A DNA stretch of 64,000 bases, taken from positions 32,001 to 96,000 of the forward strand of contig CAVYRH010000019.1 of NCBI GenBank assembly GCA_963770835.1, read 5' to 3'. Positions 20,566 to 31,052 of this stretch are shown here, one piece after another; the first letter of the stretch is position 1, and each line of letters opens with the position of its first letter. The notes below the pieces were generated by a model. It ran no database searches and had not been told where the DNA came from. It saw only the letters and a program-made list of their open reading frames with translations. Both the position numbers and the translations under genes were made by a program. Source of the stretch: an uncultured Pseudomonadota bacterium (GTDB taxonomy: Bacteria; Oederibacteriota; Muellerivitia; Muellerivitales; Muellerivitaceae).

Positions 20566-23550
20566 ATAGCCGCCTCTTTTTCCAGGAAACGCCACCGTGG
20601 CCGGGGGCAGGCTCACCATTTCCCTTTCCAATTCGGAAATCCTTGGGGCGTCCTTCCATTGGTTGTAAACGCCCAAGGCGGTCTGGAATGCGGAATGGGC
20701 TTGGCTTTTATCCCCTTTCTCCTTTAACAACAGTCCCAGGTTTACCCAGGCGGCGGCGTAATTAGGCTCCAATTCCACCGCCTTTTGGAAATCCGAAGAG
20801 AGCGCCCTCCTTGTCATTCCGGTGAATAAGGAAAATTCCCTTCTTCATAGCGGATCAAGGCGTTGAAAGGGCATGGCTTCTTTGGCTTTGCCCCAGGCCT
20901 CCTGGGCCGCCTGGATGGCGGCCGGTGAGGAATCCATCGCCAGCCGCCCGGTGAGCCTGCGGGCGTCCTCGAACCTCCACTGCCCGTCGGCTTGTTCCAG
21001 GGTTAAAACTTTCGTGAAGGCCTCGTCGGATCTCCGGGCCCAATCCTGGTCTTTGGTGGAAAGGAATAATTTTTCCAAATAATCGGATTTGGCCGCCGCA
21101 TAACGGGCGTCCCAGGCGTTCTCTTGTTCGGCGGCTTCCAAGCCCCGCAAATCACCCCTCACGAACTGGTTCTGCGATAAATCGGCTTCGGCGCGGGCCC
21201 TCAGGACGCCCGAAAAACCCGGCGGGCCGAATAAACCCACACCCAGCCCCAAGGCCAGGAACCCTCCCACCAAGGACGATTCGACTTTCCGCCGATTCCC
21301 AACCGCTAGGATCCCCACCCCTTGCAAGGCCAGCAGGGGCGTGTGAAGGCAAAAGTCCACGAACGAAGCGGCGCCGAGGCCCACTAAAGCCGCCCGATGG
21401 TCCGGTTCCCGGACCCTTCGCCAAGCTTGGATGAAGAAAATCGCGCCGAAGGCCAAACCCACCAGCCCGAAAGCCGTGAGCAGTTCCAAATACTCGTTAT
21501 GAGCGTATTGGGCGTCCATCAAATAACGGTTCACTCCCGAAGTCCTGGGTGTTTTCACCTGGTGGTAAAGCCCGGCGAAGGCCCCAGGCCCAACGCCGAT
21601 CCAAGGGCTTTCCAGCCAAACCCGCCCACTATCTTTCCAGATATTGAGCCGGTCCTTGGAAGTGGAGCTGGAATCCTTGAACCGGTAGGCAAAAAGCGCG
21701 ACGCCTGCCACTAGTAAAAAGATCACCGCCCAAAGCCGGCTTTTAACCCAAATCCGGTAAAAGAATCCAGCGCCCAAACCCGCAAAGGAACTTGAAGCCC
21801 TCAACCGGGCCATGGTCAAAAGCCCCGCCGCCGCGGCGGAAACTTTGGAAAGGGCCCAGGGCCCCCGCCATAGCGCCAAAACTAAGGGGATCAGGAAGAT
21901 GCCAACTTGCTTGGGATTCGGAAAAACCACCCAATCCTTCACGTCCGAATATTGGAAGTGAATCCAGGAGTTGAATCCCGGCGCGGCGTAATGAAAGGAA
22001 GCCCACCAAACCTTAACCGCCCAGACCAGCCCCAGGCAAAAGAATATTTTGAGAAATCGTTCTGGTTTTTCGAAGCAAGGAAGCACCAAAGAAAACGCCA
22101 GGAGGACGCCGGCGATTTCAAGGAACCAGACCGCACCCAGGGCCGAAGGCGAAAAAAAAGCCCGGAGCCCCAGGAACAAAGCCCCTACCCCAACCCAAAG
22201 AGGAATCTTTTCGAACTTTTGTCCGAACAATGCCGCCAAGGACCATAACGAAACGGCCAAGAGCGCGAAATTCCAGGGTTCCAGGGGAGGCCAAAACCCC
22301 GAAACCGCCAGGACAACCAGAAGCCCGTATTCTTTAGTCTTCACCGACACCGCTGGAAACCGGAAGGGCTTTTCGGCGCGGCATTCGAGCCGGCCCAAAA
22401 GAAGCGCAAAGAGTCCTATCAGCTCCGGCATCTGGAAAGGCAGGTCCACGAGGGAAAAAAGGAGGAAAGCCAGCACGCCCGTCATGGCCCCCCACCCCTC
22501 CCACCGGGGAGGGATCTTAAACCGCCCGGCCAGGCTGAACAACGCCCAAAGGAATAATCCCGTTCCCACCAAACCCGTCTCCACCAAAAGCTGAAGAAGG
22601 ACGTTGTGGGCGAACTTGGAAGCCCCCGAATCCAGCGGAAAGCCAGCTTGCTGGTAAGCCTCGCCAAAGGTCCCCAAGCCGGAGCCGAAAAGAGGATGTT
22701 GCAGGAAAAGCTGGAAAGCATGGTTCCACAAACCAACCCTTCCGGAAAAAGACGAGATATTCCAATGATGAAGGCCCCGGAACCAAACCATTCCAACCAT
22801 AGCGGCCAAGCCTAGAGCTAAAACCCCGATAAGTCCTGCCTTAGACCGTCTTTTGGCGAGAACCGCGAAACCCGCTCCAGCCAAAGCCGCGAAGGCTCCA
22901 ACGCTTTGGGTGGCCAACAAGGCCAGGCCCATCAAGAGAGTCAAGGCGCCGTAGAACCACCGCTTGGACCCCCTCCCCACCGCCACCAGGGTAATCCCCA
23001 ATGGAATGAAAAGGATCATAAGCGCCGCCAAGGCCCCTGGGGTCACCAGGGGGCCGGAAGCCCGCCGATAATAGACCGCTTTCTCCACCACCTTGAATTC
23101 GGTCGGTGATACGTGCGGCAAAAGCGCCTGGGTTTCCTCAAACCCGAAAAGCCATTGGCGTAACGCCAGGCAGGCCGCCAATCCCGCCAAGAGGAGCCCC
23201 AATACCTCCATGCGGTTTTGGGTTGCCGGATCATTCGAATGGACCATCAGATATAGAAGGACTCCCAAAAAGACGAATCCCGCTGATTGGAGGGTAATAC
23301 CAGGCTGAAGGGACCATAGGGCGGAAAGAGGCAGGAACAGGAGAAATATCCACCAAGGCCGGCCCAATCCTTGGAATCCTTCGTTGGAAACCGTCCTAAA
23401 AAGAAGAAGAACTAGGCCTCCCCCTAGGGCCACAGCATAGGATTGGGGGTGGGCTAGGGGCGGGAAAAACAATAAGTAGGAAACTAGCACAAAATAAGAA
23501 AATTCCCAGGTTCGGTCGGAGGAAATCGGTAGTGCCCATAAGGATTTCAT
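20562..23550 (-). CDS. O-antigen ligase/O-OTase family protein with two Wzy_C-like domains and C-terminal TPRs (frameshifted 3' end)
   Basis: Two R..W..P..G.G.G.F..AHN..L..L...GLVG blocks; TPR DFQKAVELEPNYAAAWVNLG in the adjacent frame. Confidence 0.78.
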
Positions 23551-25823
23551 GCAGTTATTTTAGCAGGCCGTCTGCCTTCGTTTTTAAGTTCTTCCCAAAA
23601 CTTTTTACGCCAGGGTCCTGCAACAGCACCTGCCACTGATAAGAGCCAAAGGACCAATCCCCACAACAAAGGTTTCCACCAAACCGGTTGATAACGGAAC
23701 CATACCTCATGGGTGCCCGCGGGCACCCAAACCGCCCGGAAGTCGTGGTTGGCCGTATAAAGGGCCGAAGGGTTTCCATCCACCCAGGCTTTCCAACCGG
23801 GATACATCACCTCGGAAAAAACCACCCAGCCCGATCGATTGAGGCTGACTTTAAAACCCTGTTCATCCGGATCGTCCCGGACAAGCCCGTATTCCAGACC
23901 AGCTCCAATTCCGTTTTCTTTGGCGGAATCAGGGATGGTTTCGGAAAAATAAGCCTTTTCGTAAGGGTTGAACCCGGGTGCTCGCATCTCCGCTAGCCTC
24001 TTTTGATCGTCGGCAATGGTTTCCACGGAGGAAGGACAGTAGGCATATTGAATCTTATCTTGGTTTAAACCATAAAGAACGCCGTCTGATTCAATGGTTG
24101 AAAATCCGGTCAGCTTCCACCGGCTGTCCCCGGCCGCGAAAGCCTTCACGGCCATCAAACGGGCGTAAGTTTCCAGCCCAAGGGTATAAAGGTCGGAAGT
24201 CTTGTCCAAGGTCAGCGGATTGTATCCAATGGCGTCCCGAATCCCGGCGGCATAAACCGAATCCGGGGGAAGATCCGATAACACCCGGTGGCCCGCCGAT
24301 TCAATGGGATAAGGGATATGGTCCCCAAGGAGCACCCGGCCTAATCCTGCCTGTTGTTTGAGCTTAGGGAGGACTGGTGAGCGGTCCGAATAATTGAAGT
24401 TGGAAGGCGGGCCCCACCGTGAAGAACCGCAAAACCAAGCGGTCAGGAGGAAAGAAAAGGTGACGAACAAGAGGAGTATCTTGTGTCCCATTTCCCTTGA
24501 GGCATCCTTGCCCAGCATCAAATACAATCCGACCGGGGCGGCTAGAAAAGCGGGCAATTGAAGCCAGACATCCTTCCCTACCCAGAATCCGAGGGCAAGG
24601 AAAACTACTCCATAAAGCGCCGCGCCCAATAATGCTTTTTTTCGAAAACTTCCTTGCGCCTTATTCCTCCATTTTTTATTGAGAAATTCATGGCCAAACC
24701 CCGCCAAGAGGGCCCCGCTGACGGCATAAAGGAAAAGGTAACGGAAGGGCGCGCGCATCATCCCAAAACCCGGGGCCAAGAAACAAAGAAGGCGGTGCAA
24801 AGGAAAATATTTTCCGAAAGCTGTCAAAACCGCCGCCACCCCGGTTACGGCGAAAAGGCGGGTGATTCCCTTCTTTTGCCCCAACGCAATCGCGGAGAGA
24901 AAAAGCGCCCAGGGGCCGAGATAACCGGCATTGACAAGGTAATTCCCCACCGGCAAGGGTGTTGGGCCCTCAAAAGGCCGGACAGGGAAAAAGAAACCCA
25001 GCAGGTCGTGTGGATTCAACGATAGGTCCGCCTGGAAAGTTTCATAATCCGGGGCGATGTGAAAACGCTCGGACAAGTCAATAAATTCCCGGGCCGGTAT
25101 CCAAAGCAAGAGCAACGGCAAGGCGCCCCAAAGAAAAACGAGGGGCAACCCCAACAGTCGTATGTCCTTTTGGGGTTCCTTTCCCCAGTCCCTTTTTGTC
25201 CAGAGCCGGTAAGCCAGGTAAATGCCTCCCCCGTAAAGGGCCCCGAGGGTCATCTGAAAATTCCCGGCTAAAAAAAGAAGGGCGAAAACCAGCCCTGCGG
25301 CGAAAGCCCAGGCCGGTTCCAGTTTCCGCGAAAGCTTTTCCAGCGCCATTCCCCACCAAGGCATCCAGGCGAAGGCCGCCAGGAGAGGCGGATGGATGAT
25401 TTCCCACCAGAAAAAACCCGAAAAGGCGAATAACAAACCGGCGAATAACCCGGATTCCTTGGAAAGCCCCAGCGTCCTGGCCCAGAAATACATGCCGCAA
25501 GCCCCTAGAAGAAAGTGGAGGAGGTAAAAAAGGCTGAACCCATAGGGTACGGGGAGCGGGAGTAGGAGGTAGGTGAAAGGATAAGCCGACATCGTGTTGG
25601 GATCGGCGAAGAAGGGCTGTCCCCCCAAAAGGTAAGGACACCACAAGGGAAAATGCCCATGGGCCAGGCAGGACTTCAGGTAAAGCCGCATGGGAACGTA
25701 TTGAGTCAGGAGATCACTGTCGAAATAGGCGTTGCCCCCCAAAAGGCAGGGGGCAAAAACCGCCAAACCAGCTAAGGGATAGAACACCAGGGGATGGAAA
25801 AAGCTAAGTTTGGGATTTCTCAT
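23547..25823 (-). CDS. YfhO-family GT-C membrane glycosyltransferase
   Basis: FPLWCPYLLGGQPFFAD, RAPFRY, SEVMYPGWKAWVDG..FRYQP. Confidence 0.85.
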   Translation of the reverse strand: MRNPKLSFFHPLVFYPLAGLAVFAPCLLGGNAYFDSDLLTQYVPMRLYLKSCLAHGHFPLWCPYLLGGQPFFADPNTMSAYPFTYLLLPLPVPYGFSLFYLLHFLLGACGMYFWARTLGLSKESGLFAGLLFAFSGFFWWEIIHPPLLAAFAWMPWWGMALEKLSRKLEPAWAFAAGLVFALLFLAGNFQMTLGALYGGGIYLAYRLWTKRDWGKEPQKDIRLLGLPLVFLWGALPLLLLWIPAREFIDLSERFHIAPDYETFQADLSLNPHDLLGFFFPVRPFEGPTPLPVGNYLVNAGYLGPWALFLSAIALGQKKGITRLFAVTGVAAVLTAFGKYFPLHRLLCFLAPGFGMMRAPFRYLFLYAVSGALLAGFGHEFLNKKWRNKAQGSFRKKALLGAALYGVVFLALGFWVGKDVWLQLPAFLAAPVGLYLMLGKDASREMGHKILLLFVTFSFLLTAWFCGSSRWGPPSNFNYSDRSPVLPKLKQQAGLGRVLLGDHIPYPIESAGHRVLSDLPPDSVYAAGIRDAIGYNPLTLDKTSDLYTLGLETYARLMAVKAFAAGDSRWKLTGFSTIESDGVLYGLNQDKIQYAYCPSSVETIADDQKRLAEMRAPGFNPYEKAYFSETIPDSAKENGIGAGLEYGLVRDDPDEQGFKVSLNRSGWVVFSEVMYPGWKAWVDGNPSALYTANHDFRAVWVPAGTHEVWFRYQPVWWKPLLWGLVLWLLSVAGAVAGPWRKKFWEELKNEGRRPAKITA

Positions 25824-25866
25824 GCCGATGGCTTATCCGCTAACGCAAATAGCCCGTGCCCAAAGG

Positions 25867-26319
25867 TCATTTGCCCTTGTGGTCCTTCAAGGGAAGAAGG
25901 ACGGCTGCCCGCAGGGCTAGGAGATAGCTGTTCATGCCGAAACCGGAAATTTGCCCCACGGCCACGGGGGAAACATGGGAGGCCTGCCGGAAACCCTCCC
26001 GGGCGTAGATATTGGAAAGATGCACTTCGATGGTGGGGATCTGGACCGCCGAGATCGCGTCCCGGATGGCGACCGAGGTGTGGGTATAGGCCGCCGGGTT
26101 GATGATAATCACTTCGGCCCAATGCCGGGCGTTCTGGATCGTCTCCACGATCTCGCCCTCGTGATTGGACTGGGCGATACGAAGCTCCACGTCGTTTTGG
26201 GCGGCCAGGTCCTTGAGTTCATCATTAATCTCCTCCAGGGTCACCGAACCGTAGATGTTCGGCTCCCGTTCCCCCAGGAGGTTCAGGTTGGGGCCGTGAA
26301 TCACGAGCACTTTTCTCAT
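25867..26319 (-). CDS. aroQ: Type II 3-dehydroquinate dehydratase
   Basis: [38 protein letters not shown]. Confidence 0.97.
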   Translation of the reverse strand: MRKVLVIHGPNLNLLGEREPNIYGSVTLEEINDELKDLAAQNDVELRIAQSNHEGEIVETIQNARHWAEVIIINPAAYTHTSVAIRDAISAVQIPTIEVHLSNIYAREGFRQASHVSPVAVGQISGFGMNSYLLALRAAVLLPLKDHKGK

Positions 26320-26471
26320 GGATTTCCTTAAAGATTATAAAACGTGTCGAGCTAAATCATGTGGATTCATGCTAATCAGAAGCCCCCCGGGGGACAAGGG
26401 GAAAATCCTCTGTTGCGGCCGGGTTAAAACTTTGTTTTATTCGTGTCTTCGCGGCTTAAATGCGTTTTTTA

Positions 26472-26611
26472 ACAGGGTGTTGAAAAAGTATTTTTCAACA
26501 CCCTGTCGACAGCCATGGAATAGAACGAGCCACTAAAAATATGGTTTTTTCTTTCGTGGCTCGTTTGCAAAGGGGAAAAAGTCCGTTTTTCGGACTTTTT
26601 CAGCATCCTGT
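26472..26611. mobile_element. IS-end/MITE remnant with ACAGG(G/A)TG(T/C)TGAAAAA termini
   Basis: Perfect 16 bp palindrome 26472-26506, a further inverted copy at 26596-26611, and another copy at 61439-61454. Confidence 0.55.
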
Positions 26612-26626
26612 TAAGATAAAATCGGG

Positions 26627-28744
26627 TTGGTGAAAGCCAACGATTCCCTCTCCTACTCAAAAAAAAAGGCCTGGCCTTGGGTCGCGGCGGCCTGCTTCCT
26701 TGGACTTCTTTTTTCCAATTGTGTTTTTTCATACTCCACACTTCCAGTCTTATGGAAGATGGAAATTGGTCTTTTCTTCTTTGCCGTGCCCTTCACGATC
26801 CTACTGTACTGGAACCTCCGCGCCCAACCCCTACCTGAAACTGATTTTGCCGTTCCACCTTGGCTTTGGGCCTGTTTAATCGCGGGAGCCCTCCTCCCCA
26901 GGCTCTGGCGCCTCGAGTCCCTCTCAGTTTGGCCCGTAGCCGACGAAGGTATGTACGGCTACTTCGCGACCCGGCTGGAGCAGGGCTGGAACTGGAAGCT
27001 GGTGAATTCACCCTTCAATATTGCCGTTCCCTATAGTTGGATCCTCTTCACCTCGTTTCGCCTGTTCCAGAATTCCTTGATGGCCCTTTGGCTGGCCCCG
27101 GCTTTGCTCGGCTGGGGTTGCCTGTGGTTCTTCCCTTTCCTCAATCGCAAAATCATCCCGGCCCCTACTGCCTTTTATGCCTTCTGTTGGATGGCCTTTG
27201 GTTTTTGGCCCCTTTACCTCGGCCGTTTTTCCCACCAGGCTGTTTTTTTCGTCTTCTGGGAATGCCTTTCGGCCTTTGTCCTTTTAAGGTGTCTTGATTC
27301 TTCCGCCGGCGATGCGGCTTTGGAAAGCCGTTGGAGGTGGCTGGCCTTCTTAACCGGGCTGGGCTTTTATACTTACCTTGCTTGGCCCATGGCGGCCTTC
27401 ATCATTTGCGCAGCCTGCCTTTCAAGGCCCCTTCAACCCTGGAGCAAGAGGCTGACGGCCTTTGTCCAATTTGGCTTATTGGCCCTCTTGCCGGCCATTC
27501 CCCTCTTTTTTTCCATGGGCCGGAACTACCATTTTTACCTGGAGCATCTCTGGTCCCTCGGAACTCCGGCCGGCTTATGGCAAAGACTCCAGCTCCCGGC
27601 GGCTTATTTCAAGAACATTTTTTGGGGGCCGGGGGTTCGGGACTTGTTCGGGTACGGGCCGTTTTGGGGTGGACTCCTGAACCCGGTTCAAACCTCCCTC
27701 TTTTTCCTGGGAGCGGCTGCCTTGTTGAAACCCCGGTTTCAAACAAAAAGGCTCTGGGTCGCCGCCATACTGGCGGTTCTTTCAACCCCTGCCTTCCTAA
27801 CGAACAATTTCGAAATGATGCGGCTGACAGGCCTTCTGCCACTCCTGGCCTATGTCATCGCCCTAGGCACCCGGGACCTTCTGGCTTCTTTTCCGCCTTT
27901 GAAAGCCGCCGTGGTTTTCTCCCTGGTTCTGACCGGCTCATTTCTTTTGGATTCCCATCACCTGTTCCAGGTTTACCCGGAAATCCCAAAGACTCATCCC
28001 AATTATTATGGCATGCACAAATCACCCGAATACGGGAAGGCATTCGCCATTTTGAAGCCGCTTTCCCAAAAGGAGGGACCCGGTCTCCTTCTCTTTAACG
28101 CCGTTCCCGACCCCTATGACCAAACCCTCTTCGTGGCGTCCTATTCCTTCAACGCGGCGGAAAACCCTCGATTGGATCCCAAAGCGGCTTCTTGGGCCGC
28201 TGTCCTGGCCAACATTCACGAGGAAATTTACCTTTCCAAGGTCTTTCCCGGGATGAAATGGGTGTGGCTTTCGGAGGGACTTCACCGGGAAGACGGCGGC
28301 TTGATGCTGGCAGTGGTTCCCATTGACACCGCCTCGCGGGAAAGGATTCAGCGATGGGCCCGGGCGGACCAGGCCCTCCAAAGATTAACCGATTCGGTGA
28401 TGGAATTTGGCGTAGATCCCGACCAAAGCCGGATGCTCGGGATTTTGGAGGCAGCCTACCCCCTTTTCCAAGGCGACCGGCTTTTGGAGTCCCGCTATTG
28501 GCGTCTCTGGGCGATCCACCAAGCGGCGGCGGGCCGGACGAACCAGGCGGTCCAAGAAGAGGAAAAAGCCATCCACCTCGGGTATCCCATGGGGCATCTT
28601 TACAACGAATTGGGTTGCCTGTTATTTAAGGAAAACCGGCTAAGTGAATCGAAGGAAGCTTTTGAGGAAGCCTTGCGTTTAAAACCTAACTGCACCAACG
28701 CCAAAGTTAATCTTCAAAACCTTTCCTTGCTTAAACCCCGCTAA
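26627..28744 (+). CDS. PMT/ArnT-like GT-C membrane glycosyltransferase with C-terminal TPR
   Basis: RLWRLESLSVWPVADEGM (DE motif after TM), GLGFYTY, TPR LYNELGCLL..EEALRLKP. Confidence 0.75.
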   Translation: MVKANDSLSYSKKKAWPWVAAACFLGLLFSNCVFSYSTLPVLWKMEIGLFFFAVPFTILLYWNLRAQPLPETDFAVPPWLWACLIAGALLPRLWRLESLSVWPVADEGMYGYFATRLEQGWNWKLVNSPFNIAVPYSWILFTSFRLFQNSLMALWLAPALLGWGCLWFFPFLNRKIIPAPTAFYAFCWMAFGFWPLYLGRFSHQAVFFVFWECLSAFVLLRCLDSSAGDAALESRWRWLAFLTGLGFYTYLAWPMAAFIICAACLSRPLQPWSKRLTAFVQFGLLALLPAIPLFFSMGRNYHFYLEHLWSLGTPAGLWQRLQLPAAYFKNIFWGPGVRDLFGYGPFWGGLLNPVQTSLFFLGAAALLKPRFQTKRLWVAAILAVLSTPAFLTNNFEMMRLTGLLPLLAYVIALGTRDLLASFPPLKAAVVFSLVLTGSFLLDSHHLFQVYPEIPKTHPNYYGMHKSPEYGKAFAILKPLSQKEGPGLLLFNAVPDPYDQTLFVASYSFNAAENPRLDPKAASWAAVLANIHEEIYLSKVFPGMKWVWLSEGLHREDGGLMLAVVPIDTASRERIQRWARADQALQRLTDSVMEFGVDPDQSRMLGILEAAYPLFQGDRLLESRYWRLWAIHQAAAGRTNQAVQEEEKAIHLGYPMGHLYNELGCLLFKENRLSESKEAFEEALRLKPNCTNAKVNLQNLSLLKPR

Positions 28745-28764
28745 GTTTTCGAAATCCCGAAGAA

Positions 28765-30924
28765 TCAGTTTCCTTCCACGGGCTGGGGCATGCCCGTGGG
28801 CGCCGCCTGGGTCGCGGGCGCGACGGCGGGGGCCGCCGGGGCTACTGGCTGGGTTTCGGTTGGCGGGGCTTGGGTGGCGGGCTGGGGCGCTTGGGGCGGA
28901 AGGGCCGGACCCGACGGTTGGGCCGGTGCCGTATTGGAAACCGGCGCGGCGGGAGCGGGTGCCGACATCGGCTTGGGACCATATTGGTCCATCCATTGCC
29001 TCAAAGCCGTGTCGTTGGGATTGTATTTTAAGGCCATGCGGTAAGCCTGGATGGCTTGGTCTTTGCCGCCCAGCCTCAGGTAGCAATCTCCCGCCAAATG
29101 GTAGGCCTTGGCACTGCGGCTGTCGGATTCGATGGCTTTCAAGAAACGGTCCAGCGCCTCCCGGTAATTATTGTTGTTAAACTGGATCATTCCCTCGCTG
29201 ATCAAGTCCGTGGCCGTGGCATCCATGACGCCCGAAACCACCAGTTCCACCCGCCGGTTCTTGGCCCGACCCTCAAGGGTGGCGTTGGAGGCGATGGGCT
29301 TGGTGTCCCCGTAGCCCACCACGCTGAGCTTGGAGGGGTCCATGCCGCTTCTCACCAGGTAGTTCATCACCGCTTGGGCACGGGCCAGGGAAAGGGCCTG
29401 GTTATCCTTGAACTTGGCCCCCTTGCCCAGCTTTTGGTCGTCCGTGTGCCCGGCGATGATGATGACGCTGTCCGGGTACCTCCTGTGGATGGCGGCCGCC
29501 GCCTTTTGGACCGTATCGTAGCCCCTTTGCAAAAGCTCGTCCTTGCCCGAGTCGAAAAGAAGGTCGCCCGAAACCTCGAAGGTGTACTGGTAAGGCACCC
29601 GCTTGGGGACCCACTTGGCGTAGGTTTGGGCGGGGCGGGCGCTCCCGTTCATGTCATTGTCGTCGGACACGTCCAGGGTGAAGGTGTAATTGCCCTGGGG
29701 AACCAGTTCCCCCGTTTGGTTGCGTCCGTCCCACAAGTAGTGGGAAGGCGGATTACCCTTTCCGGAGAGGGACTTCACCAGCATTCCGTTGGAGTCCAGG
29801 ATGTTGATCTTATAACTGTCGATGGGTTCTTCGCTGCGGGCGGAGAAATTCACGCCGATGGTCTGCTGGCCCAGGATGAAGCCGGGCCCCGCCACGGCAT
29901 AGGCTTCGGGCCGAGTCAATTCGCCGCCCATGACCACCGTGAGGGAGATCCGGTGGGTGTCGCCCAGGATGCCATAGGGAACATAAGCGTAATCCAGCTT
30001 GGCCTCAAAATCGTCAAAGCGGTGGCCGATCCCCGCGCCGGCGGTGAATCCCGACAAAGTGTCCTCGGTGCTGTAACCGAGCCGCAAAAAAACGTCGTTA
30101 CGGCCGAAGGTCATGCGGTACTCGTCCCCCACCCCCGCCGTAAACCCTGTGTCGTTTTGGATGTTCATGTCGGCTGCGATGATATCCTGGTCCTTTTTCA
30201 TGAAGGTGCTATGCAGCCAATAGGAACCGCCGATCTTTCCCATGACGGGCTGGCTGAAATCCTGGATTTGGGTGCCCACGTTCTGTAATTCGGCCCCCAA
30301 GTAGAAAGTCTTGCGGGTAACTTCGTACATGAGCCCCAGGTTGAAAGCGGCTCCGGCATTGCCGATGTTGACCATGTTCTGGCCCACCACCGTGGCGCTG
30401 ACGCCCGCTAGGAATCTTTTAAAGAACGTACCCGGAATCCAGTTGCCCAATCGCTGGGCATAGGCCACTGTGCCGGTGAAGCTGTTGGCGCTGATATTAG
30501 GGCCGACTCCGCCGTAGGAGCCATCGGGGTTTTCCAGGGCGCCCGGAAAAGTCCCCGAATCCAGGTACCCGAAGCTTCCCCCGAAAGCCCCGGCCTGGTC
30601 GATGTTCTGGCTAAAGGAGAAAAACTCGTGAGTTACGCCCAAAAGCCATTCCCCCTGGGTGAGGGAAAACTGCGTCCCCCGGGCAAGGACCAGGCCCGCC
30701 GGGTTCCAGAAAACCGCCGTGGAATCGTCCGACACTGCCGTAAAGCTGTTTCCCATGGCGGAGGCGCGAGCCCCCATGCCGATTTTTTGGAAATTAGTGC
30801 TGGTGCTGCCGGCGCCCGACACTTCTTGGGCACCCGCGGGAAGGCTCGCAAAAATGAAAATCAGGCAAAAAATGGGGAAAAAAGAGGAAATGGAACGAAT
30901 TAAGGAATGTTTAATCATCGGCAT
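28765..30924 (-). CDS. PorV/PorQ-family barrel fused to FlgD-like, OmpA C-terminal and TPR domains
   Basis: GMGARASAMGNSFTAVSDDSTAVFWNPAGL, DYAYVPYGILGDTHRISL, WDGRNQTGELV, GHTD..NQALSLARA..NRRVEL, TPRs. Confidence 0.85.
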   Translation of the reverse strand: MPMIKHSLIRSISSFFPIFCLIFIFASLPAGAQEVSGAGSTSTNFQKIGMGARASAMGNSFTAVSDDSTAVFWNPAGLVLARGTQFSLTQGEWLLGVTHEFFSFSQNIDQAGAFGGSFGYLDSGTFPGALENPDGSYGGVGPNISANSFTGTVAYAQRLGNWIPGTFFKRFLAGVSATVVGQNMVNIGNAGAAFNLGLMYEVTRKTFYLGAELQNVGTQIQDFSQPVMGKIGGSYWLHSTFMKKDQDIIAADMNIQNDTGFTAGVGDEYRMTFGRNDVFLRLGYSTEDTLSGFTAGAGIGHRFDDFEAKLDYAYVPYGILGDTHRISLTVVMGGELTRPEAYAVAGPGFILGQQTIGVNFSARSEEPIDSYKINILDSNGMLVKSLSGKGNPPSHYLWDGRNQTGELVPQGNYTFTLDVSDDNDMNGSARPAQTYAKWVPKRVPYQYTFEVSGDLLFDSGKDELLQRGYDTVQKAAAAIHRRYPDSVIIIAGHTDDQKLGKGAKFKDNQALSLARAQAVMNYLVRSGMDPSKLSVVGYGDTKPIASNATLEGRAKNRRVELVVSGVMDATATDLISEGMIQFNNNNYREALDRFLKAIESDSRSAKAYHLAGDCYLRLGGKDQAIQAYRMALKYNPNDTALRQWMDQYGPKPMSAPAPAAPVSNTAPAQPSGPALPPQAPQPATQAPPTETQPVAPAAPAVAPATQAAPTGMPQPVEGN

Positions 30925-31052
30925 AAATTTCCTTGTTATCGGGTTCGTCCTGCCCGGAAAAATACATTCGATATAAGTTCTACTCTTAAACGAGACCATC
31001 ATAATTTCTTTCAACGAAAACCGCCAGGACCTTAAGGGGGGGGTGGAGGCGG

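Noticed and set aside
20185..20817. TPR-YfhO fusion ORF
   Set aside because: Better explained by frameshifts joining the ligase TPR tail to the next gene; a GTGA stop/start overlap exists at 20562-20565
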